A stretch of DNA of 63,941 nt, counting the filler, from Barthelona sp. PAP020 (taxonomy: Eukaryota), in the NCBI GenBank assembly GCA_040182905.1. It is 3 parts of 3 records of this genome, joined end to end, with 100 filler letters (N's around TTAATTAATTAA, not from the genome) between each part and the next. Parts side by side here need not be neighbours in the genome. Positions count along the whole stretch, not along the records: positions 23,685 to 47,057 come from JARQWU010000166.1; positions 47,158 to 63,941 come from JARQWU010000255.1; 1 more part is not named here. One strand, written 5' to 3'. The first letter of the stretch is position 1. Every line of letters starts with the position of its first letter. Positions 40,291-49,805 of this stretch are shown piece after piece. The translations under genes were made by a program, and so were the position numbers. The notes under the pieces are model-generated. The model made no database searches. It worked only from the letters and a program-made list of their open reading frames with translations, and was not told the origin of the DNA.

Positions 40291-41739
40291 ATGCAATACT
40301 TTGAGAAGGAAAAGGAAGAATTTTCATTGATTCCATGCGTAATATGTGGTGATTTAATTGAACCAAATCCTTCATTTATGTGCAAATTATGTTTGTCAAG
40401 AAAAACTGATATTACAGCTGATATCATCAAACTGTATGATATAGAGTTTTGTAAATCATGTGGTAGATATCATATACCACCTAGAGATTGGACTACTGCT
40501 CCAAATGAATCTCCTGAATTATTATCTATCTTGATTAAAAGAATTCGAGGATTAAAAGGTCTACAATTAGTAGATGCAGAATTTATTTGGACTGAACCTC
40601 ATTCAAGAAGATTGGAAGTTTTGATTAAAGTAAGAAAAGATGTTTATGGAACTGCAGTTTTAGAACAAACTTGTGCCATTGAATATGTTGTTACAAATTT
40701 ACAATGTCCTGATTGTACAAGAGCTGAAACTGAACATACTTGGTCGTGTGTTGTTCAAGTTAGACAGCATGCCATTCATAAGCGTACTTTTTATTATTTA
40801 GAACAAATTATTTTGAGGAACGAATTAATTTTGGGTATGCTTACAAATATTCGTGAAGAAAAAGATGGTGTTGATTTTTTCTTTGCTAATAAATCACAAG
40901 GAAGAAAGTTTATTGAATTTTTAAAGAAGTTTGTTCCATTAAGACACCAAATGAGTGGAAAATTGATATCACAAGATGATAAAAGTAACACTTGCACTTA
41001 TAAATTTAGTTATAGTGTTGAAATACTACCTTTATGTAGAGACGATTTAATTTGGATTCCTCATCATTTAAGAAAAGCAACAGACAATATTACAAATCCT
41101 GTTTTAGTTCACAGAGTATCCAACGTTTTACATTTGGTTTGTCCTACAACAATGGAAACCGCAATGTTGAATGCGAAACAATATTTTTCCAATCCAATGA
41201 GACCATTGATGACTCATGAAAAGATTAATTTAACAAAATTCTTTGTTGTTGATATTGAAGACAATGATGATGAAGATGAATTACCCAAAGGATCCAGAAA
41301 ATTCTGGGGTTTAAGACATGTTACCGTCATTCCAGAAACTGAATTGGATGAAGGCACTTCTTATGTTGTTGCTACTCACATTGGAAAATCTTTAGAATGC
41401 GGAGATACGGTTTGGGGATATTTCATCAAAGATTTAGATTTGTTAGAATCAATGAATAGTACCAGAGACAGAAATTTTGATCGTGATGAATTACCTGATG
41501 TTGTATTAATCAGAAAAGAAACTGATGTTCGAAAGAATGTATTGAGAGAAGTTACCATTGAAGATCATCCTTTACAATTTATTATGGCCAGACAAGCTAA
41601 GAGAGTTGAAATTGAGGAATTGGAAGATCAAATTGCAGACGCTCTTAAATTACAAGAAAGAGAACAACAGAAAGAAGAGGATTTGAAAAGAAACAATACA
41701 GAAATAGAATCAAAAGAAGAAGAAATCGAGGAAAATTGA
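40291..41739 (+). CDS. NMD3: 60S ribosomal export adaptor NMD3
   Basis: CVICG..PNPSFMCKLC, FCKSCGRY, LVDAEFIWTEPHSRRL, CPDC, VQVRQHAIHKRTFYYLEQIIL and PDVVLIRK. Confidence 0.97.
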   Translation: MQYFEKEKEEFSLIPCVICGDLIEPNPSFMCKLCLSRKTDITADIIKLYDIEFCKSCGRYHIPPRDWTTAPNESPELLSILIKRIRGLKGLQLVDAEFIWTEPHSRRLEVLIKVRKDVYGTAVLEQTCAIEYVVTNLQCPDCTRAETEHTWSCVVQVRQHAIHKRTFYYLEQIILRNELILGMLTNIREEKDGVDFFFANKSQGRKFIEFLKKFVPLRHQMSGKLISQDDKSNTCTYKFSYSVEILPLCRDDLIWIPHHLRKATDNITNPVLVHRVSNVLHLVCPTTMETAMLNAKQYFSNPMRPLMTHEKINLTKFFVVDIEDNDDEDELPKGSRKFWGLRHVTVIPETELDEGTSYVVATHIGKSLECGDTVWGYFIKDLDLLESMNSTRDRNFDRDELPDVVLIRKETDVRKNVLREVTIEDHPLQFIMARQAKRVEIEELEDQIADALKLQEREQQKEEDLKRNNTEIESKEEEIEEN

Positions 41740-42032
41740 ATTCTTGAAAAAAAAAAAAAAAAAAAACCTTTTTTATGAATTCTCGTAAATTAATTTAGTC
41801 TTTTTTTTAATGAAACGTGAAGAATAAATTTTTGATGACAATATAACAAAGAAATTTCATAATTTTTTAGGGAATAACTCAAATTTCTTTCTTTCCCCAA
41901 ACTCAACTCCTTACCAACATTTTACAATTTTTCTGGTAATGCCTTAAAAGACAATTATAAATAGTTTATTTCTTTGGTTTTCTGAAATAAAAAACAAACC
42001 AAAAAAGGCAAAAAAATCAAAAATTTATTAAA

Positions 42033-43315
42033 TTATTGATCTTTCTTGTCATCAACATCAAGGACAATATCATCAGTAGAAACACTGTCCATATCAGAAA
42101 CTTTAGGTAACAAATTCATGTCAGAACTAGACTTAGCAGAATCAAGAGTATCAACACTTTGTTCGGAAACTTGAATTTCAGTCAAAACATTTGAGACTTG
42201 TTTTTTGTGAAAATCAGCAGGATCTAAAGACATAGATTCCATGATTTCTTGAGGAGCTTTTTCTCTTGACATCTTATTTAAATCGACAATAGTATCAAAT
42301 TCATCTACAATTTCAACACCAAACACCTTTTCAATAACATCCTCTAAAGTGATAACACCAGCAGTACAATCATACTCATCTAAAACAACAAAAATTTGTC
42401 TGGTCTTTCCGGTCTGATTCTTCAAAAATTTGATAAAAACACTAAATAAGTCTTCATCTTCTTTAACAGAAGACAAAGGTTGACACATCTCTCTCAATGT
42501 GACATTCAATTCACCACTTCTCAATTTTTGGAAAATATCATTTCTATGAACCCAACCAATAATCAAATCTCTGTCATTATTTTCAATAACAGGAATACGA
42601 GAGAAAATTAAATGTTTTTCAGAATGGTCTTGATAATATCTAATATCACGATCAGCAGGTTGAGTAAAAATAACAGACCTGGGAGTCATTTCATTTGAAA
42701 CCTTAAGTTCTTTAAGGGATAATAAAGATTTAATAACTTGAGATTCCATAGCGTTGATTGCACCAGCTTCTTCAGCCAAATCAGCAACAGTGGTAACTTC
42801 ATCTCTTGAAACAGTACCTGCATGTGCAGTAGCACCTAATAGTTTTCCAACCATTTCACATATCCAAACCAAAGGAAAAGTAATAACAGTCATGATACGA
42901 ATAGTAATTTGAGCAAATCCAATTAAACTCTTACAATTGGAGGCTCCAACAGTTTTAGGTATAATTTCAGAAAAAACCAACATAAGCAAAGTTAAAATTG
43001 CGGAACTGAGGGTGACATATTCGTCACCAAAGTGGGCAGCAGTAGATGCACCAACACCAGACGCACCAATAGTATGGGCGATAGTATTCAAAGAAAGAAT
43101 GGCGGCAAGAGGACTGAAAGTTAGCTAAAATTAACATATTTTTAATACCGATCAATACTGTCTTTTAATTGTCTCATCCTAATACCATTAGCATCACCTT
43201 GCTCAGCAATGCCTACAACATAAGAATAAGGAACACTTAATAATGATGACTCAATTAACGAACAAAGAAAAGAGGTACCGATACTTAATACTGCGTAAAA
43301 TACAAGGTCAATCAT
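42033..43315 (-). CDS. DUF21 + CBS-pair (CNNM/CorB/TlyC-like) Mg2+ transporter-family protein; two exons 43315-43149 and 43113-42033, 415 aa
   Basis: Splicing gives MIDLVFYAVLSIGTSFLCSLIESSLLSV...IDRPLAAILSLNTIAHTIGA, followed by FSEIIPKT, MTPR, FSRIPV and GVITLEDVIE..G.EIVDEFD. Confidence 0.92.
43114..43148 (-). other. 35-nt GT-AG spliceosomal intron
   Basis: GTATTAAAAATATGTTAATTTTAGCTAACTTTCAG. Removing it restores the frame and the conserved DRPLAAIL motif. Branch-point-like GCTAAC abuts the 3' splice site. Confidence 0.9.
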
Positions 43316-43393
43316 AAACTAGGTAAAAAGAAAAATACCTTGAAGTTCTGATCGAACAAAAAAAAGAAAATGAGAAATCTATTTTTTTTCACC

Positions 43394-43759
43394 ATGCAAT
43401 CTCCCGACAATTCATCAAAATCTGTGGATAATGTTGTTGAAGACGAACATTTAGATGATGTTAAAGAAAATAAAGACAGTTTTAAAAGTCTTGCCAATTC
43501 CAAAATTCAGGATGATCGTAAAAATAGAATAGATGCTGTTGTTGATGCACTTTATGATGATGATGAAAATATAACTGATAAGGAACGTAAACAGAGAGAA
43601 AAAGATAAATTGTTTTTAAGAAGAAAATTGGAATCAAGCGAATCCCATGTAAATTTCAGAGATTTTCGAATTATTTTTCAAGTTATCATATTTACACTGA
43701 TTGCATTTGCAATTTATAAATATGCTGTTCATTTGGGTTTTTTCAACTCAAAAAAATAA
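43394..43759 (+). CDS. Small hypothetical protein with one C-terminal TM helix (tail-anchored-like)
   Basis: Charged N-terminus, hydrophobic IIFQVIIFTLIAFAIY, short basic tail. Start is the ATG at 43394 or 43370. Confidence 0.7.
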   Translation: MQSPDNSSKSVDNVVEDEHLDDVKENKDSFKSLANSKIQDDRKNRIDAVVDALYDDDENITDKERKQREKDKLFLRRKLESSESHVNFRDFRIIFQVIIFTLIAFAIYKYAVHLGFFNSKK

Positions 43760-43997
43760 GTTCTTTTTCCATATTTTCCTTCTTTAATGCATTTTTTGTC
43801 AAATAATATTCTGAATTAATGTTTTGTTTTTGTATAAAAATTTTAGCAGACATTCTTTTTTGTTGCTATTTTCGTTTTTCTTTTTGTTTTCATCAAAATT
43901 TTTGAATTCAACCACTCAATGTTGTATGAATAAAAAAAAACAAGTTTGTCATCTCTTTTTGGTTTTATGAACAAAAAATCTTCATTTTATTTTTATT

Positions 43998-44333
43998 ATG
44001 AGTGATGTCAGTCCATTATCCAAGGAAGTATTGGATGAATCTACGAAAGAAATGATTGACAGCCTAAGTGATTATATCAAACATGAATTTTCAAGGTCTT
44101 CCAGAGGCTTTCATGTTCTCAAAGACATCAATAATCTTGTTATTGAAGATGTTCATAAGCTGAATGAATCCGCTGATAACACAATTAAATCAGTTGAAAA
44201 GCTTTATTTGGAATTTGAAGAAATTAAACCCATTTTGGATAAAATTATGATTTTGAACTCTCAAGTTGATGAACTTTCAGATGCTCTTGATAATGTTAAT
44301 AAGTATTTGACATATGTTAAATCTTTGTTTTGA
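43998..44333 (+). CDS. BLOC1S2: BLOC-1/BORC subunit 2 (BLOS2)
   Basis: 111-aa coiled coil. MIDSLSDYIKHEF..LKDIN and IKPILDKI..LNSQVDEL....NKY follow the BLOS2 pattern. Confidence 0.8.
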   Translation: MSDVSPLSKEVLDESTKEMIDSLSDYIKHEFSRSSRGFHVLKDINNLVIEDVHKLNESADNTIKSVEKLYLEFEEIKPILDKIMILNSQVDELSDALDNVNKYLTYVKSLF

Positions 44334-44505
44334 ATTTTACGAATTTTCTGTGTTGTTCCTTTTAAGTTCATCAAATTTCTTAAATTGATTGAATTTAATA
44401 CATAATAGAGGATTTTGTACAACTTTCTTTTGTTTATGTAAATATTTTGAAGTTCCCTTTTTTGATTGTTAATAAAAAAAGTTTCAAATGAACGCAACCT
44501 TTATT

Positions 44506-45456
44506 CTAAACTAAAACATAATCACTATTTACCAATTTGAGTGATTGTTTGGAAATGTTAAAACGAAGAACAGAATGTGACTTTATCCCAACAAAAATTG
44601 AAACCACCAGTAAAACAAGGATAATCAGTCCAATCAAAAGAAAATTATGTTGATGAGAAAATCTAGAAATGTTTGTTTCTTGAAAAACAGTGATTTCATT
44701 GATAATATTGTTATTATCAGCAGTGTTAGTCTTGAATAAAACCAATGATTCATCAATATTCACAGTTTTAGTCGTATTACCCTCAATTTGAAATTTGTGA
44801 ATCAATTCATTATCATTAGGAGTTTCGTAGGTCATTATTTCACCAAAATCAAATGAAAATTTTATTTCACAAGACTTGTCTCCATCTAACTCAACAAATA
44901 ATCTGTAATATTTTTTTATTTCGCTCGTTTTTCCAATTCTATAAAGTAAATTTCCTTTTGTATGTTTGTAAAAAACTGTTTTAAAAGTGCTATCAATGGA
45001 TAATGTTTCACATTCTTGAATATTATATTCAAAATATTGTTCAAAACAATCAGATACATCTGACGTTATTGTAATATCCGAATCTTCAAACACCTCAAAA
45101 TGCTCATCAATGAAATTTTGTTCAGAAATCTTCATTATTTTATCAAAATTTTGTGATGGTATCTGTGTTAATGAAGGTAATTTGTTGACTAAATAAATGG
45201 TTGTGTTTTGATTTGTTGAAACAGTCCAAATGTTTCCATCAAATTTTGGTAAATGAATAATTTCTTCACCAAAAACAAATAAATTAATGGATTTAACAGT
45301 ATTTAAAGATTTGATGTGAATTGTCATCGAACCTAAAAACATAATAAAAAGTAAAAGACTAAAATAACCCCAACATCCTGTATTTGTGATAAAATTTAAT
45401 AGTTTTCCTCCTAAACTTTTTTTAGACATTTCTTTTTTAATCTCTATAACTGGCAT
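44506..45456 (-). CDS. Hypothetical membrane protein with two TM helices flanking a luminal domain
   Basis: First ATG at 45456; the longer TTG-start version would overlap SF1. TMs are YFSLLLFIMFLGSM and FLLIGLIILVLLVVSIFVGI, with N-glycosylation sequons between them. Confidence 0.7.
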   Translation of the reverse strand: MPVIEIKKEMSKKSLGGKLLNFITNTGCWGYFSLLLFIMFLGSMTIHIKSLNTVKSINLFVFGEEIIHLPKFDGNIWTVSTNQNTTIYLVNKLPSLTQIPSQNFDKIMKISEQNFIDEHFEVFEDSDITITSDVSDCFEQYFEYNIQECETLSIDSTFKTVFYKHTKGNLLYRIGKTSEIKKYYRLFVELDGDKSCEIKFSFDFGEIMTYETPNDNELIHKFQIEGNTTKTVNIDESLVLFKTNTADNNNIINEITVFQETNISRFSHQHNFLLIGLIILVLLVVSIFVGIKSHSVLRFNISKQSLKLVNSDYVLV

Positions 45457-45510
45457 ATTCGAAGGAGTATCTTTTTGAGAAAAAAAAATTTCTACTTCAT
45501 TCAACCTTTT

Positions 45511-46635
45511 ATGAATTCGGAAGAGATTTACTTCACAAAAAGAGATGAAGAGGAAGCTAAAATTGATATTGCAACAAGGCAAATTATTCAAAGTTTTTTA
45601 ACCCATGAAATAATTAAAGATTTACATGAAAAGATTAATACTAGAGAATTTGATGGTGATGAAGTATTAAATGATTCAATAACCGATAATTTAAATGATT
45701 ATATTGAACAAAGAGCAAATACATACGATTTAAAAATGAAACAAGCAGTGAAGAAATTGACATTTCGTAAAAATCGGTTAATTGAATGTATGCATACATA
45801 TAATTCGATGTTTGAACCTCCTGTAGATTATCATCCACATTCCAACAAGATACAGGCTGTGATTCCAATTCCAGTTGATAAATATCCTGGTTATAACTTT
45901 ACAGGCCAAATTTTAGGTCCACGTGGAAGTAGCGTTGCTGTATTACAAAACAAAACAGGCGCAACTATTAGTGTTCGAGATGAGAACGAAAGAGTGCACA
46001 CAAAACATGTTTATATTGAAACTGATACTGATCAAAAATTGGAATTGATTGCTGATTATATTAGAGAAGTGTTAAAACCTTTGCCAGATGAAGAAAATAT
46101 TCGTAAACAAGAACAATTGAGAAAATTAGCTGAATATAATGGATATGATGATCCCACTGCGGAAAAATGTGTTATTTGTGATTCATTTGAACATAAAACT
46201 TGGAATTGTCCAATGTTTAGCATGAATGATGTGCCTTGGAAACTGAAAATCAAAACATCGAAGTATTCTTTTTGTTGGAAATGTGGTCAACAAGGACATG
46301 ATTTTAAAACTTGCCCAAATAGTGCCAAATATGATGTTGTTGATAATTTTTTCAAGTGTATTGGGGGAAACAACTTGTATTCAACTGAAATGAGCGATTT
46401 TTTCAGATCTCTCAATGAAAATAATATTTTGACAGCTAATTTCAGGCAAAGTGAAGAATCTCTCCAAAGTAAACAAAAAGAAGAGGAGGAAATTGTAAAT
46501 CAAAAGATGGAAATGCCAAAAGAAGCAGATTTATCTTTGCATCTATCCATGTATGCTGCTGAAATATCGACAATAATTGCAGAAAAGATGAACTTAACTG
46601 AAGAAGATATACCTGGTTCAGAAATTACATTTTGA
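45511..46635 (+). CDS. SF1: Splicing factor 1 / branch-point binding protein (KH-QUA2 + two CCHC knuckles)
   Basis: IPVDKYPGYNFTGQILGPRG (KH), RKQEQLRKLAEYNG (QUA2), CVICDSFEHKTWNC and CWKCGQQGHDFKTC. First ATG at 45511. Confidence 0.9.
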   Translation: MNSEEIYFTKRDEEEAKIDIATRQIIQSFLTHEIIKDLHEKINTREFDGDEVLNDSITDNLNDYIEQRANTYDLKMKQAVKKLTFRKNRLIECMHTYNSMFEPPVDYHPHSNKIQAVIPIPVDKYPGYNFTGQILGPRGSSVAVLQNKTGATISVRDENERVHTKHVYIETDTDQKLELIADYIREVLKPLPDEENIRKQEQLRKLAEYNGYDDPTAEKCVICDSFEHKTWNCPMFSMNDVPWKLKIKTSKYSFCWKCGQQGHDFKTCPNSAKYDVVDNFFKCIGGNNLYSTEMSDFFRSLNENNILTANFRQSEESLQSKQKEEEEIVNQKMEMPKEADLSLHLSMYAAEISTIIAEKMNLTEEDIPGSEITF

Positions 46636-46840
46636 ATAATCATAAAAAACTAGTCTTTTATTTTAATATTTAATTGAAATTTTTGTTTGGTTAAAGATAA
46701 AACTGTTTATTCAATGAATTGTTGTTCTCCAAAATATTTATCACCAAAGAATTCCTGAATATCCACTTTTTTTAATAAAGAATTATCCCAGACCACTTTA
46801 CTTTCATAATATCAATGTAAATTGTCCTCAAAAAGGGTAT

Positions 46841-46880
46841 GCGGGAAAAATAAAAATAAAATTTTCGGGTGCAGGAAAAA
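46841..46880 (+). promoter_or_regulatory. E2F-like site GCGGGAAA plus a variant copy GCAGGAAA upstream of the histone-like gene
   Basis: GCGGGAAAAA at 46841 and GCAGGAAAAA at 46871, both with GGGT just upstream, about 70-105 bp before the ATG at 46947. Confidence 0.35.
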
Positions 46881-46946
46881 TTTTCCTTCCCATTTTTGGC
46901 AAGTTGGAAAAATTTTTTTTTGTAAAAAACATAACCACTTTTTAAT

Positions 46947-47057
46947 ATGCCCGCTAAAAAGAGAATTAGAACACCCGCTAAGTCTGGTCCCATTGGTAAG
47001 ATGGCCAAGACTGCCGCCGCTCCCGCTGCCAAGTCAACTGATGCAAAGAAGAGAAAA
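46947..47057 (+). CDS. 5' fragment of a histone-like gene (probably an H2B N-terminal tail), truncated by the contig end
   Basis: MPAKKRIRTPAKSGPIGKMAKTAAAPAAKSTDAKKRK, open to the gap. K/A/P-rich, with GC-richer codons (GCC, CCC, AAG) than neighbours. Not in the ORF track. Confidence 0.6.
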
Positions 47058-47157
47058 NNNNNNNNNNNNNNNNNNNNNNNNNNNNNNNNNNNNNNNNNNN
47101 NTTAATTAATTAANNNNNNNNNNNNNNNNNNNNNNNNNNNNNNNNNNNNNNNNNNNN
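47058..47157. other. Artificial contig-joining spacer (44N + TTAATTAATTAA + 44N)
   Basis: Identical in structure to 23585-23684. Confidence 0.97.
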
Positions 47158-47572
47158 CTGGCTGTTTGAAATGACTTAGTTCTGATTGAAAGATTGGACG
47201 ATATTGAATCCCTAAAAAAAAGAAATGACTTCAATAACTTTGGATAGAAAATTTGATTAAGGAAATTCAGACAATGGTTGAAAATTTTGGGAAAATTTCT
47301 TTTGTAATCTTTCAAGATTCTTTATTAGCCAGTAAAATTAGATTCTTCTTTATCTTAAGCTCAACTATTTGTTTTATTATTTGATAAATTCTGAAATACG
47401 AGAAATTTTGCTTGATTCAAATTCTGGCGCATTTCTTCACGCTTTTTTTTTTCCCTCCTTGTGAAATGCCCGCTGCGCTTCACAATTTCACAAGACAGTA
47501 ATAACAAATGCTTATAAAGACCTTTATTGTCCTCGGTTAGACTTTGGGGATACTTGCAACTGGTTGTTTTTT

Positions 47573-47863
47573 CGTGGATGGTTCAGAACACTCTCAAAAA
47601 AAAAGAAGAAATGTTTTAGGTGCGGATGGGGCGGGTATTTAAAGAAAAGTGTAATACTTTCCTTCAGCCCCTTGATTCACTTTAATGTCTCCACTTATGT
47701 TCTCTTTGTAGGACTTTGACTTTCCTAGTTAACCTAATTTATTTGCTTATATCCTTAATCTTTGGATTCTTACGATTACGTTTATTGTTACTTGAGCTTT
47801 TCAATTTTGATACCCATTAATATCAGAAATTGCAAGAAGAAACCTTAAACGCATTTATATTGT
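47573..47863. repeat. Dispersed ~290-bp repeat, copy B
   Basis: Homologous to 4-290 in the same orientation, about 0.4 kb from a contig start. Confidence 0.9.
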
Positions 47864-47975
47864 CTTTTACTTGAAATCCATCCGTTTTGCTATGAAAACA
47901 TTCACCCATTCACCAAGAGAAGTGTGTTACACCACAGTAATAATTTAACTTTGGTCAAGCTAGCTTTTCTTAACC

Positions 47976-49805
47976 TTATTTTTGAGATAAATACATTTTC
48001 AGAGATTCAACTCCTTTTAAATATTGTGAAGCAAATGTATAACAGTGAGGGAGTAATTGAGGGAATTTTTGCGTAAAATAATTTAAAAAGCCATCAGGTA
48101 AAGCCCCAACAACTTCTTGTAATTTTGAATTCAAATCCCTGTAATGATGTTTCTTGTTCCTTATAAATCTTAACAGGTGTTGAATTGAATCGTTGTCATA
48201 GTTATGAAAGCTCAATTCATTTTTCCAATGCTCACCAAGAATGAGTTGCCAATCCTTGAAAGGAAAATTTGACTTTTTGAAATCATTGAAAAGCGTAATT
48301 AATTGACAATCGCCATTGAAAAATTCCAGATAATCAGAGACATCAAGTAAAAATTTCAATTTCTTTGAAGGATTCCAAAATATTGGATGCCCCAATAGTT
48401 GTTCAGCAGATGGTCGTTTATCAATGTTGAAAGTTAATGCATAATCAACAAAGTGCTGAGCAAGAAAATGCTCTCTTTTAGCCAACAAATTAGCAGGTTT
48501 ATGATTGTTACTGATTCGTTGATTTCTTTCATACATTCCTCCAAATGGATGATTACCATCTGTTAAAACAAAGTAAACGATACAACCAAAAGAAAAAATA
48601 TCCACCTTATTGGTCATTCTTTCTCCTCTTAATACTTCTGGAGCTTGATAACCCAAAGAACCAACATCTCTACCACTAAAATAACTTTGTGAGTCTTCTA
48701 AAAACTTGCCCAATGCCATATCACTTATCTTAGCAGCATTTTGATATCCAACTAAAATGTTTTGCGGCTTAAGATCCCGATGAACAATAGAATTTTTATG
48801 CAAATATGCTAAACCAATCAAAGTGTCACGAATGTAACGAATCTTTAAATCCCACGATTCAATCCCCCTATTAACCAAATCAAACAGATTAGTAGGACAC
48901 TTTTCAAGTGCTATATATATGAATTGTCCATCATTTTCCTTTGTATAATAAGAAACAATATTAGAATGATGATCAGATCTAATCAACAAATCTATCTCTT
49001 GTTCAGCAAGATTGTAATATTCTTTCAGTAATCTTTTTACTGCAACAGATCTAGATCCAAATTTCCCTTCAAAAACTACAGTGCCATGAGAACCTTTACC
49101 CAAAATTTTTGATTCATCCACCACTAAATCTCTTCTAGCAGAAGGTGATATTCTATGACATAATAAAAATACAGATAACGCCCCAAGACACGCTAGAATG
49201 AAATAATGTACTTTGTATGAAACGACAACGTTGAACAACTTGGTTAAAAATGAAGATTCAACAGAAGCTGCACGATCTGTTGATGAAGTAAGCAACAAAG
49301 GACTTTTTGTGTAATCAATTGGTAGACTACAAATCTTTTCCATTGTACTTTTGTCAAACCTTTCATTGAGTAATTTAAAAACATCACAAAGGTCTTCCAT
49401 CTCTGATTCATACAATTCATACGGCTTTAAATCCATTGTAATGGGTAATTCTAATATCTCTTTGAACGAAGCCGGTATAAACTTAAACATTTTTGATGTA
49501 AATATCCATGTTCCTACACTAGTATGATATGTTAAATATCCACCAGGATGTGTCGAAATTATATTCAATAAATAATTGAAAGGTAATTTCATTGTTTCAG
49601 GATCAAAATCGATGTTGAAATTTTCAAATAAAGCAATTGATTTTGAAAATTCACTTTCATCTTCAAAATCTATCTTGGAAAAAAATTTTTCATCATTATA
49701 ATACTCTGGTACAGATAATTTGATTTCGGCTTTGCTATTGGAAATAAAACAGCTAATAAATTTAAATATTAGTATCACCAAAACAATTGTAAATTTAATA
49801 TTCAT
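47976..49805 (-). CDS. IRE1: IRE1 kinase/endoribonuclease with a short luminal domain
   Basis: Signal peptide, one TM helix, kinase (ILGKGSHGTVVFEG, VAVKRLL, HRDLKPQNILV, APE) and KEN RNase (LLRFIRNKKHHYRDL). First ATG at 49805. Confidence 0.95.
   Translation of the reverse strand: MNIKFTIVLVILIFKFISCFISNSKAEIKLSVPEYYNDEKFFSKIDFEDESEFSKSIALFENFNIDFDPETMKLPFNYLLNIISTHPGGYLTYHTSVGTWIFTSKMFKFIPASFKEILELPITMDLKPYELYESEMEDLCDVFKLLNERFDKSTMEKICSLPIDYTKSPLLLTSSTDRAASVESSFLTKLFNVVVSYKVHYFILACLGALSVFLLCHRISPSARRDLVVDESKILGKGSHGTVVFEGKFGSRSVAVKRLLKEYYNLAEQEIDLLIRSDHHSNIVSYYTKENDGQFIYIALEKCPTNLFDLVNRGIESWDLKIRYIRDTLIGLAYLHKNSIVHRDLKPQNILVGYQNAAKISDMALGKFLEDSQSYFSGRDVGSLGYQAPEVLRGERMTNKVDIFSFGCIVYFVLTDGNHPFGGMYERNQRISNNHKPANLLAKREHFLAQHFVDYALTFNIDKRPSAEQLLGHPIFWNPSKKLKFLLDVSDYLEFFNGDCQLITLFNDFKKSNFPFKDWQLILGEHWKNELSFHNYDNDSIQHLLRFIRNKKHHYRDLNSKLQEVVGALPDGFLNYFTQKFPQLLPHCYTFASQYLKGVESLKMYLSQK

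Noticed and set aside
47468..47484. IRE1 cleavage-type CNGNNG loop near the IRE1 gene
   Set aside because: The match is on the strand opposite IRE1, the loop is 17 nt rather than 7, and there is no twin hairpin or bZIP ORF.
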